Assembly (NCBI GenBank): GCA_951406725.2
Contig: OX597816.1
Span: forward strand, 111,972,001 to 112,036,000
DNA: 64,000 nt
Direction: 5' to 3'
From: Octopus vulgaris
Taxonomy: Eukaryota
Positions 25,600 to 38,941 of the stretch are shown here, piece after piece. The number at the start of each line of letters is the position of its first letter. Position 1 is the first letter of the stretch. The notes under the pieces are model-generated. The model ran no database searches and was not told where the DNA came from. It saw nothing but the letters and a program-made list of their open reading frames with translations. A program made the translations under genes and the position numbers.

Positions 25600-26385
25600 A
25601 AGTAGCTTGCTTACCAACCACATGGTTCTGGGTCCATTCATTGGGCAAGTGTCTTCTACTATAGCCTCAGGCCAGCCAAAGCCTTGTGAGTGGATTTGGT
25701 AGGCAGAAACTGAAAGAAGCCCATCATATATATATGTATATATGTATGTATGTGTGTCAGTGTTTGTTCCCCCAACATCACTTGACAACCGATGATGGTG
25801 TGTTTACATCCCTGTAAGAGACCGATAGAATAAGTACTAGGTTTCAAAAGAATAAGTCAAATAACTGAAACAAGGCATTGGTGAATAAAGATTCTTTATT
25901 TGTATATTAAAGCTACCATTGGTTCCATGTTAAGAAAATATCTGAACTTTTTAAGCCTATCACATGGAGAAATTGGTGTTTAGCTCCATTTTGGATTAAT
26001 TTTGGGTTATGCTAAGAATTATTGCATGGTGCCAGAAGTTTTGACTTTAATCAAATGCAACTCCAAATCATTGCTAAAGTATTTGCATAAATAGAATCAG
26101 AACAGTTTATACTGGCATCAATTCAGACCCCGCTTTCTTTTTCCTTCTCTCTAGACATATCTATACTTCAAACTTAGTATCCAACTTACTGTCAAAGCAT
26201 ATATATTGAAATATTTCCAAATGCTTCATACTTTCAAACATTTCAACTGAGGAAGGTTTATGTAGTGGATACATTTTGTATTATATTATTCGAACCTGAA
26301 ACACACGTATTAAATGATTTCAAAATATCTGTTTATTTTGAGTTCATTATTAAACAGATAGATAGATAGATAGATAGGTAGATAT

Positions 26386-27415
26386 GTTTCTTTATTGGCC
26401 ACACAGGGCTGCACACAGATGGGACAGATTACAAAGTAGAGCTTTTCTTTTTGGGGGAAAGAAAAAAAAAGGCGGGTTAGGTTTTCGATCAAAAGGGATC
26501 ATAAAAGGGAAAGAAGAAAAAAAGGAAAAGAAACAAAAGAAAAAAAAAACGATCAATAGGGATCGTGTATCACAGTGTCATGATATAAAGTGTAAAGGCA
26601 GAAGCAGATAAGGTTTATCCGTGGGAAGAAAAGCCTACGGAAAAGACCACAGTAACCTCGGTCAATATTGTTACATGTTACCACATTTGCTTGCAAGTAG
26701 GTAACCCTCTGTTTTAAATTTCTGGGTTCAAGGTGGCTTCGTCATTCATACGTGCCATCCTTGCTACATTCACCCATCTTTTTTTGAAACATTCGCTAGA
26801 TAAAACTTGCCTCTCTACTCTCACTTTCCTTTTCAAGTGATACTTGAAGAAGTTGATGAGAGATTGACCAGAGAGGAAAGTGTTTGTCTCCAATCCTTTC
26901 AGGCGTGTCCATCAGATACATTCTTTCGCCATAGCCACAAGGATGATGAAAATAGCTCTTCCTTGCTGTTTGAAGGAAGGAGGCGTGATAATATTGACGA
27001 TAGACTCGGCTGATAAACCTACTCGTCCCACACGTGTCAGCAGTCATTCGACATATGCCCACAGCTCAGAAGTTGTTGGACACTGCACGAGTGCATGCAG
27101 AATAGCTTTGTCACTCTGACTGCATCTTGGGCAGGTCGGCCCCGTGTTTCTCGAGCTGTGTCCGTAGAGCTTATCCCGAATGGGTAGCGCTTCTCAGTAG
27201 CACTGCTAGGCCAGGGATCTCTGGAAGTTGTCCATGGGCCCTGGCCCAAACGTCATCCTGAACAGGCAAGTCAGGTATTCCTCATCGACATCCAGGTTCG
27301 CCCCAAGCTCATTGTCGTACCTCCCCTCCACTTATCCCCTATAGAATGCTTTGGTTGTGTTGAAGTCACTCAAGGTCGACCCAGGACAGCATAGTTGCTT
27401 GAGAGCAATGCGACG
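26386..27415 (-). mobile_element. 5'-truncated Tx1/L1-clade LINE (ORF2 C-terminal zinc finger and 3' UTR) inside a (GATA)n tract
   Basis: Minus-strand translation ...EALPIRDKLYGHSSRNTGPTCPRCSQSDKAILHALVQCPTTSELW..., stop at about 26714, aataaa near the 3' end. GATA repeats on both sides. Confidence 0.88.
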
Positions 27416-27553
<138 letters not shown>

Positions 27554-28202
27554 TGGGCACACACACACAATTTTTTTCTTCTACAAAACCTCTTTTGGTT
27601 ATGTCACAAAAATGTATTCACTAAAGCCTTTTTTCAATATGAAAGACATTGTCTCCTTTTTTTCTTGTACTTGTATGTTAATCTTTCTTTGTGCAAACAT
27701 ACACATATTTTTTCAGTAAAACTACAATACAAAAACATTTGTTGTGTAAAAACGTGCTTTTATATTTTTATTCTCATATATAATAATAAATATAGAGAAT
27801 ACAGCTATTTTGCCCCTTACATTACAAAATTACACTTGTCTTAATTAAACAAAAAATGTACATGCATATATTTAATGCATTTTCAGCCTTATCTCATTAT
27901 ATTTCCTATACACCCGCACACACACAAGCACACTAATATATATATATACACACACAATGTATGTTTGCATCAGTATTTTTGTGTTACTGTCTCTTAATTT
28001 TGGCATGACATGGTTTTTGTAAATCAGTGTCACCATCATGCAAATGATGTTATTTCATATTCCAGTCATCTGTGAAAACATACCTAGCCATTAGGAAATG
28101 TTACTTTGCATGGAAAGTGATGAGCATTGGTAACAGGAATGGCATCCAGCTATAGAAAATCTGCCTCAATAAAATCAATAAACTTTATCAATAAATTTTA
28201 TC

Positions 28203-28375
28203 AGCGTAGGAATGGCTGTATGGTAAGTAGCGTGCATACGATCCACACGGTTCTGGGTTCAGTCCCACTGCATGGCACCTTGGGCAAGTGTCTTCTACTA
28301 TAGCCTCGAACCAACCAAAGCCTTGTGAGTGTATTTGGTAGATGGAAACTGAAAGAAGCCCGTCATATATATGTA

Positions 28376-28434
<59 letters not shown>

Positions 28435-28662
28435 GTATGTATATGTGTATATGTTTGTGTGTCTGTGTTTGTCCCCCCAACATCACTTGACAAGCGTTGC
28501 TGGTGTGTTTATGCCCCCATAACTTAGCTGTTTGGCAAAAGATACCGATAGAATAAGTACTAGGCTTACAAAGAATAAGTTCTGGTGTTAATTTGCTTGA
28601 CTAAAGGTGGTGCTCCAACATGGCCACAGTCAAATGACTGAAACAAGTAAAAGAGTAAAAGA
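28203..28662 (+). mobile_element. Full-length SINE family A
   Basis: Head through tail ...gactgaaacaagtaaaagagtaaaagag. Confidence 0.92.
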
Positions 28663-28950
28663 GACCCATGTAGACACTGAAACAATGATGATAACGATGA
28701 CATGTAAGAGTATGTATACATAAAATATATTTAAAGAGAAATACTTAAAAAATATTTTTAAAATATAAAAAGGAATAGAGAAATATTATAGCAATTGACT
28801 GCTATGTTGTGGAAGGAGTTCTTTAGGAGACTATCAGTAGAAAAGAATTTATTTAAATTTATCCAAGTGTGGGAACTGAGCTCATTATGAACTTCTCTTG
28901 TAATTTTTGAGCTACATTCACAATTAGAATTGTTACTATCTCAGACTTAC

Positions 28951-29189
28951 TGACCTCCTTAACTAAGTGCCAAATCTTTAGTCATGTTCTTTGTAGTGAA
29001 CTGAAATAGAGTGAGTGGATCTTCTGTAACCATGTTTGGCACAGCAATTCACTGTTGTTCCAAAAGCATCACATCCTCATTAAATAAACTTTTTCTATAA
29101 AGCACTGCAGCTCAACATCATAATCTATGACTTTTGCAGACTCATAATGTCTTGCTGAACTTGATGTAGACTTTCTGGTCGTAGAAAAC
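28951..29189 (-). other. Candidate exon (non-coding or stop-containing)
   Basis: Acceptor tgattttacag|GTTTTC and donor GGTCA|gtaagt. Stops in all three frames. Confidence 0.4.
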
Positions 29190-29436
29190 CTGTAAAATCA
29201 CAGATATAATCTAGCTTTGTATTATACTCAAAAACCAATCCCATGATTCAATTAAATTATCCACAATATTCATAATGCTGAACCTTTTTTAATAATAGCC
29301 ACCTGTAGGTTTCTCTTCTTAATTTTTTTTTTGTATTGTTTTTTACTCAGATAATATGCCTGAAGTTAGCTCTTCCACCTTGATCCATTGGTTTTAGCAA
29401 AGAAGCTGTATCCTTGGGAATATATTCCACACTTAC

Positions 29437-29479
29437 ATTACAAGGTAATTTAAATTCACTGGATTGTTCGGAACCGCAT
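29437..29479 (-). other. Candidate 43-nt exon
   Basis: Branch-point and pyrimidine tract ctaataactcattctccttttag|ATGCGG, donor TAAT|gtaagt. Confidence 0.45.
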
Positions 29480-29904
29480 CTAAAAGGAGAATGAGTTATT
29501 AGAAACATTATTATGCCTGACCATTACTTTTTACAAAATTCCTTGTAAACCAGTCTTAGAAAGTCTCATAGATGTCCAAATACTTTTGTTTGAAGACCAA
29601 ATCACAGATTAAATTTAACCCTTGAAGTACCTTAAAGTTTTGGAATGACATGTAAATAAGGGTTTAAATTCCATTCTTTTCTCTTACAAGGAAACTTTTT
29701 AAGCTGGTACTGATTTTTCTTCCCAAGAACTGAAAGTCCTACTATGTGTATACTCCCAGAAAAGTTCAGTTAGACCAACATTTTACACTTGTTTCAGAAC
29801 GTAGCCCTTTTTAGCAATGATTTCAGCTCCTTAGGATAATTACCAGAAGCCCCTATGTTGGTACTAGCAGTTTCACTGTTCATTTTATAATAATGTTGCA
29901 CATA

Positions 29905-30308
29905 GGCGCAGGAGTGGCTGTGTAGTAAGTAGCTGGCTTACCAACCACATGGTTCCGGGTTCAGTCCCACTGCGTGGCATCTTGGCAAGTGTCTTCTGCT
30001 ATAGCCCCGGGCCGACCAATGCCTTGTGAGTGGATTTGGTAGACAGAAACTGAAAGAAGCCTGTCGTATATATGTATATATATATATATGTGTGTGTGTG
30101 TTTGTGTGTCTGTATTTATCCCCCTAGCATTGCTTGACAACCGATGCTGGTGTGTTTACGTGCCCGTAACTTAGCAGTTCAGCAAAAGAGACCAATAGAA
30201 TAAGTACTAGGCTTACAAAGAATAAGTCCTGGGGTCGAGTTGCTCAATTAAAAGGTGGTGCTCCAGCATGGCCGCAGTCAAATGACTGAAACAAGTAAAA
30301 GAGAGTAA
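29905..30308 (+). mobile_element. Full-length, CpG-rich (young) SINE family A
   Basis: ggcgcaggagtggctgtg...gttccgggttcagtccc...gccgcagtcaaatgactgaaacaagtaaaagag. Confidence 0.93.
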
Positions 30309-33300
30309 ATGAATGCACCACTTAAACCATTCAAACCAGACTTTATTAGCAAGAAAACGTTTTACATCAGAAGTTACAGGTTTATCTTTCTGCAAATTGT
30401 TATGCCAGCTTTTAGCTTACACCTTTGTTTGAATGACTATTTGTGTTCATCAGCAAATTATGTCCAGTTTGATCATTGATCTATGCACTCAGGAGCCATT
30501 CCATGTTAGACATCACATCAGATCTACGAAAAAACACTGCCTGGGTAGTTAACAGAATAACTACTTATTCTATTAACTATCCAGGCAGTGTTTGATCTAA
30601 TTTTGCTTTTATTATCAGGCATAGTTCTCATTGCAGAGATTGAAAACCTTAAGGCTTTTGTAAAATGGCTGAATTTTTCTCCTGCATTAAACTGTTGTGA
30701 AACATCAAGATTAACATCTAGCATTATCTCTCTGCTGTTCCTTGTGAAACTGCCACCTTCACTTTCATTTGATGGACTCTTTCTTTATCATCTTGAGTAA
30801 GAGTAATGCACTGTACTGTATAAAGTTTGAAGATATATCCTATTGCAGCAGTGGTAAATGTAAAATCCACACTTCATAGAAAAATAGAATCTAAGGAAAG
30901 TGGTGTTGTGTAATTTCAAATAAATTATAATAGTTTATTACTGCAAACTCAAGAATGAAATGAGAACATTAAAGGAATAAAAACAAAATAGAGAGACAAG
31001 GAAACCTTTTAGTGTAGGAAGATATATTTCAAGGTCTAAGCAAGTGACAAAACAAAGGCAAGAATGTTGAGAGCAAGGAAAAACAAAGTGAAATGAATTA
31101 ATGTTTACAAAAACAAGTTGGATGTTTAGAAGAGAATGGATAGCTGCAATCAAAAACAAGGTATAAGAGAGGAAGAGAGTGTAACATATGTGTTGACAAA
31201 AATATTGAGAACAATGAAAAATGTAAAGTTAATAGGTAAAAAAATAAATTTAAAGGACTGAATACTTGTAGGCACTAAGCAATAAAAATATATAGAAAAT
31301 GGAGCCAAAAATGACAGCAGGAATGGACAATACAATAAAGTATCACAACAAATATATATTATTTTTTAAAAATGAGTTTTCACACATGTGTGTGTGGGCA
31401 TGCACGTGTGTGTGTGTGTGTGTGTGTTAGTGTCCTGCTTTTAATTTTTAACATCGTTAAGTTGTTCTTAGTTTCTGTAATGGCAGAATCATAGGGTGTA
31501 TCTCAAAATTAGCGGACATTCCTAATAATTTTCACTCACACAGAATTTCATCACTTGGAGAATACTTGTAGATATGTAAGTGTGCACCAATAAAATGTGC
31601 TTATAAAAAAGTATCTATCCAGGACAGAAGATTGGCAGAACTGTAAAAAGGAAAAGGAAACTGGATGCTTCATGCATTTATTTTGGCTCTTTGTGCACTT
31701 GGGTTAAATTCTACCATAGCCTATTTAGGTGGAAGAGTTGATCTGTCACCCAGTTCAAAACCACCACCAGGCACCTAAGGAGCTTTTAGTAGATTTCACT
31801 GTAGGTTTCCAGTTTGAGGATGCCTTCCTCTCTTCCTCCCACCAGTCTTAGACACCCTATAAAAGAATCATGGGAGTTGTTTTCTCTCCTGAGTAAAAGA
31901 TAAAAATAGAAAGACCAGTCATGGTTCAATGACGGGTTGTTTGATGTCCTTGAATTTTATAATTTTTATTTACCTGCAATGGAGTTCCACTGTAGAAGCA
32001 ACACGTTTACTTTGAGCTATATTGTTTAGAACAATCTCTACTGTTGCACAGGTGAGTTATTATTGTTATCTAATCCATGGGCCAACAACGATCAGCCCAC
32101 TTATGACCAAAAGTGTTCTTACTCTAATCATCCCATCTTATATTCAAATAGTGTCTTGTTACATTATCCAAGTGATTTAATTATCTTTCACATTATCTTT
32201 TTTAAAACAGTAGAGTGAGAGTTGAAAGATATTTGATTTTTTTTAGCAGATAGAGTAGCTATGTAGGGACTCACTCACTATTTTAACAATGTGTTAGAAA
32301 GTGTCCCAAATATATGCTAAGTAAGCTTATTCCAGTATTTCTTTTAAAGCTGGTTAGACCATTTTAGATAATGCAGGGCAACAGATATAGTGCTTCTTAT
32401 ATACACATTCTTAATCACCTCTTCCAGTAGGTTGATGGCATAGAGGAATCATATATTCTTTTAATCCTTACCATCTGTATGAAGGTGAAAAACCATTGCA
32501 GTGAACCAATAACTGGTCTGTTGGAATCTTATTTATGTAGAAATATCCAACGATGTCATCCTTTATACATGCATGTAATATAACAAAACTTATTGACATT
32601 CCAACAATGTTATTGACTAAGTTGTTAGCATTGCCACTGTTATTATTGTTGTTTTGGTTGATTTCACTGTGATTTTATTGCTAATGCTGTTTCTAGAGTG
32701 ATTCATTTTGTTTTTGCAAATGCTGTTGACAGTGTATAGCTGATGCCAGCTTTTATGCTTTCGTTCCCTTTCTACATATTATTACAAGTAAAAACAGAAA
32801 TGTTATCATTCTCACTTTCTAGTTTCTCACAATCTACTGATACCATATGCTTAATCATTTTCTTTGCATGTTGATAGACATCTTGTCTTTAAGGTTCCGT
32901 CTTTCAATATCATCGAAGTTACAGCTTCTCCAAATCTTCTTTCATTCTGTGATAAATCTATCTACTAAATGAACAATAAAAAGTATCAACTCAGACATTT
33001 TCCAGGCAGAAAGTTATCTCCTATAAAAATACATATATTTTGTATTATATAATGTCACCTTCCAAACGGTTTAGGCAACAGAGATGTTTATCACTCTTAT
33101 CTAGGCAACATTTTGAACACAAATTTTTCCAGAATAATCCAGAAAGCAAAAAATGTATAGATATTTCACATACTTTCCAGTCTTTCAACAGGTAGAGGGA
33201 TTAGCTCATATTAGCCCTGAACTCACAGGTGCCAATAGAAGCTATCATCTGTTTTTAGTGTACTACTTATATCTTCAAATCAGTAGGATTATTTGATTAA

Positions 33301-33831
33301 AATTTTTAATAATCTTCCGTTTTGTCAACGTCTGTGGCCACAGTATGGCTGAACGCTTAGAAGCTTGTTTTGCAAATACAAGGTATCCTTTATGTTACAT
33401 TGGGTAAATGTCATTTTCAAAAGCCCCAGATCAATTCATACTAAGTGAGCAAACATGGTACATGAAAACTGGAATCCAACGGTTGGATTGTAACTGAAGT
33501 TTAAAATACAAAGTTTCATCACATGCCATGTTTGTAGATTCTATCTGAGATGTACATAATATGAGCATGTGTTTGTGAAATACTCATTCACTCACACATG
33601 CACCAACTTTGAAAATCAAGTGGAATGGCCATAACTTGAAAGTATTTGATTATCAGTCTGTTTAGTCATGACTGATCTGGAGTTAATAATTTTTTCTATG
33701 TTAGGCTCAAAACCAGCAATTTTGAGGAGTTAGTTATTATCAATGACTCAAGTACTTCTGTTATAGTTTATCAACCTCAAATTGACCTTAGCTAGATTTG
33801 AACTCTGAAATTAAAGAATTGGAAAAATATT

Positions 33832-34010
33832 GGTTTCAAGTTTTGGCACAAGGCCAGCAATTTCAGGGGAGGGGTAAGTCAATTACATCGACTCGTATTT
33901 ATTTTATTGACCCCCAAAAAGGATGAAAGGCAAAGTTAACCTCAGTGGAATTTGAACCCAGAACTTGAAGACAGATGAAATTATGCCTGGCATGCTAATG
34001 ATTCTGCCTT
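33832..34010 (-). mobile_element. SINE family B
   Basis: Reverse complement of the family B body (aaggatgaaaggcaaagttaacctc). Confidence 0.8.
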
Positions 34011-34950
34011 AGAGGTGAAAGAAATATTGCAATATATTTTGTCCAATGTTGTAATGATTCTGCAAATCCACTACCATAAAAGCTGAACAATAACAAATAG
34101 CAAATCTATACTTTCCACAAACTGTTCCCCCATTTTAGTTTCTTCTCATTTTCATTTCACTTAGATAACACCAATAAATTCATTGACCTGTTCTAAATAA
34201 ACCCCTCCCCAAAAATTTTAATTTCCCACAAGAGATTGTCAATGAGAATTCTTACTAAATTTTTTGTTCATATACGATGGTTTCAACATATATTTTTTTC
34301 ATTTTTAGCTATTTCTCTTCCTGTCTCTACTACATCTTTTATATTCCTAAATTTAACAGGAAATATTCAAAGGCTTACAATTTTCCAAAGTTCATTGTTC
34401 ATACAGCATATCATTTCTCACATCGCATTTAAAGCTCTTTCCTATTTCATCATTCCATACTCTTTTACTTCACAGTGAGTAAGCCTGCCAATCCATGTGT
34501 AAATTAATGTCTTTTTTCCTCAATTTACACCAAATGTGCTGTATCACAAATAATTACAATTTTTGTTTTTACTATTTGGTAATTTCTTTTGGATCCTTTT
34601 ATTTGTTCTAGTTATTTCTATCCCTTGAGAGAGTCTCTATTTGGTCCTTGGTCACTGAAGCTGGCATAAACATTAGCCACATTTTCCTTCCAAATCACTC
34701 TTTACTCTCTTAAAAAAAGAAAAGCCACATTTGATAATGTAGTTCTAATTATATTATGCCTGAAAAGAAGATGAACTGGAAAACATTTGATCATAGGTTT
34801 ACCAAATCAAGGCTGAATCGGGGTTAAATGACAACAACCATTTGCTTCTTTGCTTTCCTTTTTTTTCTTGCAATTTTCCCAAACTCCATAATGGCACTTC
34901 TGCTACATCTTTGGAAATTAATAATTCTTGTTTTTTGTAATGTCAATTTC

Positions 34951-36214
34951 TATTAGGTCATCCCAGAAATAATGTGGTCTTTCATACTTCTTTTATATCT
35001 CAAAATTAAGATAAACAAAGTTCTTTTTTAATCTAAAATATACTCTTTTTCATTTTCTACAATTCTCATCCATCTATCTGGTAGACTTGCAAGGCCCCTC
35101 TTCCAAAATTCACTTGTCTGTGATGAAAAATACTCCCCCAGTACTATTCTGACCTCGTCTACAGAATTCATATTTTTTTCATCCAAATGATTTTGAAGAC
35201 TGCAGAATAAATTATATTGAGATGGGGCAATGTCTAGCGAATATGGTAGGTGCGGCATTGTTTCCCATTCAAACTGTTCTAGCCTTTGGAATGTCATCCT
35301 TGCTGTATGAGGCCAAGCATTATCCTGATGGAAGAATACCTTTCATCTTGAAACCAAAGATGATTGTTTTTCTTCTAGCACTGACTTAAATCCCTCAAGC
35401 TACTCACAGTAGATCTCCTTTGTTATCATTTGGTTTGGGTTTAAATGTTCAAAGTGGACTAAACCTTTCAATACCTGACATAGGAGAAGATCTTTACCCA
35501 GGGTACTGGTGTTTCTCTTTTCCCTGCCCTCTGTCTTGGGTGCTTGACATTTTTACAGAGCACCCATTTCTTATCACCAGTCATTATTCAGTCCAAAACA
35601 GGTTCATTCGTGAGACCTGACAGCAAAGAAGAGTACACATTGACTCTCTGTGCATGATTAGACTCAGAAAGTTTGTGAGGAACCCATTGACCTAATTTGC
35701 TGACTTTCCTGATGGCACACGGGTATCAATGACTGGTTGAATAACCAAATCCAAGCTTCTCTGCTACTTCCTCAACAGTTACGATGGGATATTCTTCTGC
35801 CAGGGTTTGCAGGATGTCCTTGTCAAGCTCTACAGATCTTCCAGGACAAGGCTCATCTTCTAGGCTGTAGTTTCTGGCTCTGAATTTTTGGAACCACCAT
35901 TGACACTGGCTTATGCTTATTGTCCAATCCCCATATAATGCATTAATATTCTTCACACTTTCCATTGCGTTGTTGCCTTTATTGAACTCATAAAACAAAA
36001 TATGTAAAATATGTTCCTTTGTCACTTCAATTATAGCTTTGAAAAAATAACTTAAAATCGAACTGCACTCCTCAAAGCTTGCACCAAGAATAAGGAAAAC
36101 ATAAATTTACTACTTGCTTTCATAGCAAGTTGATGCAGGTAGCTTATCCCACCTCCCTCTGCCTTTTAGTTCATGCAATTGAAAAGCCTGCATCATTTAT
36201 GGGATGACCCAATA
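34951..36214 (-). mobile_element. Second mariner family, both TIRs present, transposase decayed
   Basis: TA-ttaggtcatcccagaaataatg / catcatttatgggatgacccaa-TA. ORF fragments include FQKFRARNYSLEDEPCPGRS and PHLPYSLDIAPSQYNLF. Confidence 0.93.
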
Positions 36215-36592
36215 TTTACTTTCCTTGGCTTTGAATGGTCAAGTCTTGCCAGCAGGATGAATATTATAAGCCACAAGTGAAATTTATATTTATTATTAAT
36301 TTACTTTGAAATTTTATTCTAGTATTTTCTAAAATATGTTGTAGTAATATCTTAAAAAACATTCTAACCTGATTTTTTAAAATTTTGAACCTTTAGTTAG
36401 TAGACTTATAAAAATAACTCTCTGGCCACTATTTCATAAGACATAGTGCCAGCTGAAAGATATGGAGTTTAACATCAACATAGAGTCACAAATGTGGCAG
36501 GTAGGAGTCTAGATATTCCAGTTAATGACTGGAACATAATTTATCAACACCCAAAATAATAAAAGATAAAGTCAGAATATAAAGGAATGAAA

Positions 36593-36797
36593 GTAAATAT
36601 CATAAGGAAAGAAATATCATAAAGAAAGGAAATATCATAAGGAAAGGAAATATCATAAGGAAAGGAAATATCATAAGGAAAGGAAGCATCATAAGGAAAG
36701 GAAACATCATAAGGTAAGGAAACACCATAAGGTAAGGAAACATCATATGGGAAGAAAATATCATAAGGACAGGAAATATCAAAAGGTAAGGAAATAT
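36593..36797. repeat. 18-bp minisatellite (aaggaaaggaaatatcat), about 11 units
   Basis: Direct reading. Confidence 0.92.
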
Positions 36798-37704
36798 CTA
36801 TCACCCTACCAATTCTTCTCTCTACTGTCTTTACTACTCTAAAAATAATTATGATTGTTTCTACCATAGGCACAAAACCTAAAAGTTCTGAGTAGAATTG
36901 GTCAATACCATTGACTCCAGCATTTGACAGGTACTTTATTACATTGACACTTAGTGTTTGAAAGGCAAAACTGATCTCACCAATATTTGAACTCAGAACA
37001 TAAAGTACTACAAAGCATTTTGTCCAACATTCTAATGACTCTGCCTAGTCATCACCACTTCTAATGTCAACAACGATGACAATACTTACGCCACCAACAA
37101 CTCCAGTGATTACAATATTAAGATGCAATAGATTAATTCTTAAAACTGCACTAAATGCAGAAAATAAGTTGATAGGCATCAATACTTGAGCTGTCCCAAT
37201 AATAAAGTACAATTATAATATTCCTTAATTGAATACAGAATGAACAAGACTTGATGGAAAAAATAAGAAAAATAATGACTACAGGAAGATTACCATAAAA
37301 ATTCATGTAATTTGTGCAGCTGTGTAATTTACGCAGGAGATTTTCAGGATAAAAATTGTTAAAAAAGTTTCTACTCATGTAAAATTTGCACCCAAAAGTT
37401 TTCAGAATTGCCAATATGGCTATGGGGAAATGGTTTTCAATTTAGTTGTATTTAGCACAATTTCACTTATGATTAGATTTTATTAAATTTTCATTAAATA
37501 AAAATATTTTCTGTTTAACAGGTATCACATTGAAAGCTGTTAAATTATGAAGTATTTGTGTTGTTTATAATAAACGTTATTTTACATTTCTTGCCCACAA
37601 GAGATTATGTCCAATCTTTAGCATATGTCTTCTCAAATCACGATCACAGGAAAAGTTGTTGATAAGTTTTATCAACAAAAGCAAAGCTGATAAATATGCA
37701 CAAG

Positions 37705-38420
37705 AAAGACCTGGGATGAGGTGGTGAAGCACGACCTTCAAACTTTAGGTCTCACTGAGGTAATGACCAGCGACCGAGACCTTTGGAAATATGCTGTGCG
37801 TGAGAAGACCAGGTAGGACAAGTGAGTCCAGCCCACTTATGCATGCCTTTCCTCCCTTGGACACACAAAGACCTGTTGAGGCAAGCGAAGTCGATATCAA
37901 ACCTCATCCGACGACAGGCACCTATGCCAACCCCCCTTTGCTTGCGAAGACCTGTTGGGGCAAGTGAAATCGGAATCGAAATTGAACTAATCCTATGACT
38001 GGCACCCGGCAGATGCCAGGACGCCTGGACTGGAGACACGTAAAAAGCACTATCCGAATCGTGGCCGATGCCAGCGCTGCCTCGACTGGCTTCCGTGTCG
38101 GTGGTACGTAAAAAGCACCATCTGAATCGTGGCCAAAGCCAGTGCTGCCTCAACTGGCTTCCGTGCCGGTGGCACGTAAAATGCACCAATCCGACCGTGG
38201 CCGATGCCAGCCTCGCCTGGCACCAGTGCAGGTGACACGTAAAAAGCACCCACTACACTCACGGAGTGGTTGGCATTAGGAAGGGCATCCAGCTGTAGAA
38301 ACATTGCCAGATAAGACCGGAGCCTGGTGCAGCCTTCTGGCTTCCCAGATCCCCGGTCGAACCGTCCAACCCATGCTAGCATGGAGAACGGACGTTAAAC
38401 GATGATGATGATGATGATGA
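37705..38420 (+). mobile_element. Young RTE 3' end with tandem ~68-bp 3' UTR repeats and (GAT)n tail
   Basis: KTWDEVVKHDLQTLGLTEVMTSDRDLWKYAVREKTR* followed by a CpG-rich UTR. Confidence 0.92.
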
Positions 38421-38941
38421 AGTTTTGCAAAATAAGTTTAATTACCAATCGGCTTGGATGACACTTTACTCAACCAACAGAGAAAGGTGACTGATCAAAC
38501 TGATTATGTAAAACAGAATTCTGATTGGATGAAAGTGTCTTGTCTCAAGCTCTGATTTTCTGCCTATTCTTGTCAGAATCTTTGATATGGAATATCGAAG
38601 TTTTAATCCCTTTCACACTTATAAAATGTCAAGCTAACTTAAAATTTGTCATTACCATTTTAGGAAACCCGCCTGATAGTTTGGCAATCCGCTAAAATAA
38701 ACATTAAAAATCGAAAGGATAAAATAAACAGCTTCGCAAGTTTATTGAACAAGAGAGGTGTGAAACTTAAGCGACTTGCTAGAGTATACACGTCTGTGAG
38801 GAGACATAAACAAGAATAGCAAAAATCTACTATACCAAAAGAACTGATAATACATACATTGCAAGTGTTCTATGAAGAGAACATAAGATTGCTGTATAAT
38901 TCAACATGAATATGAAACCATATTAAACATCGTATGAGGTA

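Larger units (their letters stand above)
23512..25875 (+). mobile_element. SINE family A split in its tRNA-like head by the 2.05-kb insertion
   Basis: Head ggcacaggagttgccgggtggtaagtagtttgcttacc (23512-23549) resumes as aagtagcttgcttaccaaccacatggttc at 25600. Confidence 0.9.

Noticed and set aside
29905-29975. tRNA genes
   Set aside because: tRNA-like A/B-box segments run straight into SINE bodies and lack a proper acceptor stem. The isolated relic at about 58042-58110 is too degenerate.
36593-36797. CRISPR-like array
   Set aside because: Contiguous tandem units with no unique spacers, in a eukaryotic context with no cas genes.
38030-38255. CRISPR-like repeat-spacer pattern, or pistol/twister ribozyme
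   Set aside because: The intervening segments are homologous to each other, and the catalytic core residues of those ribozymes are not evident.
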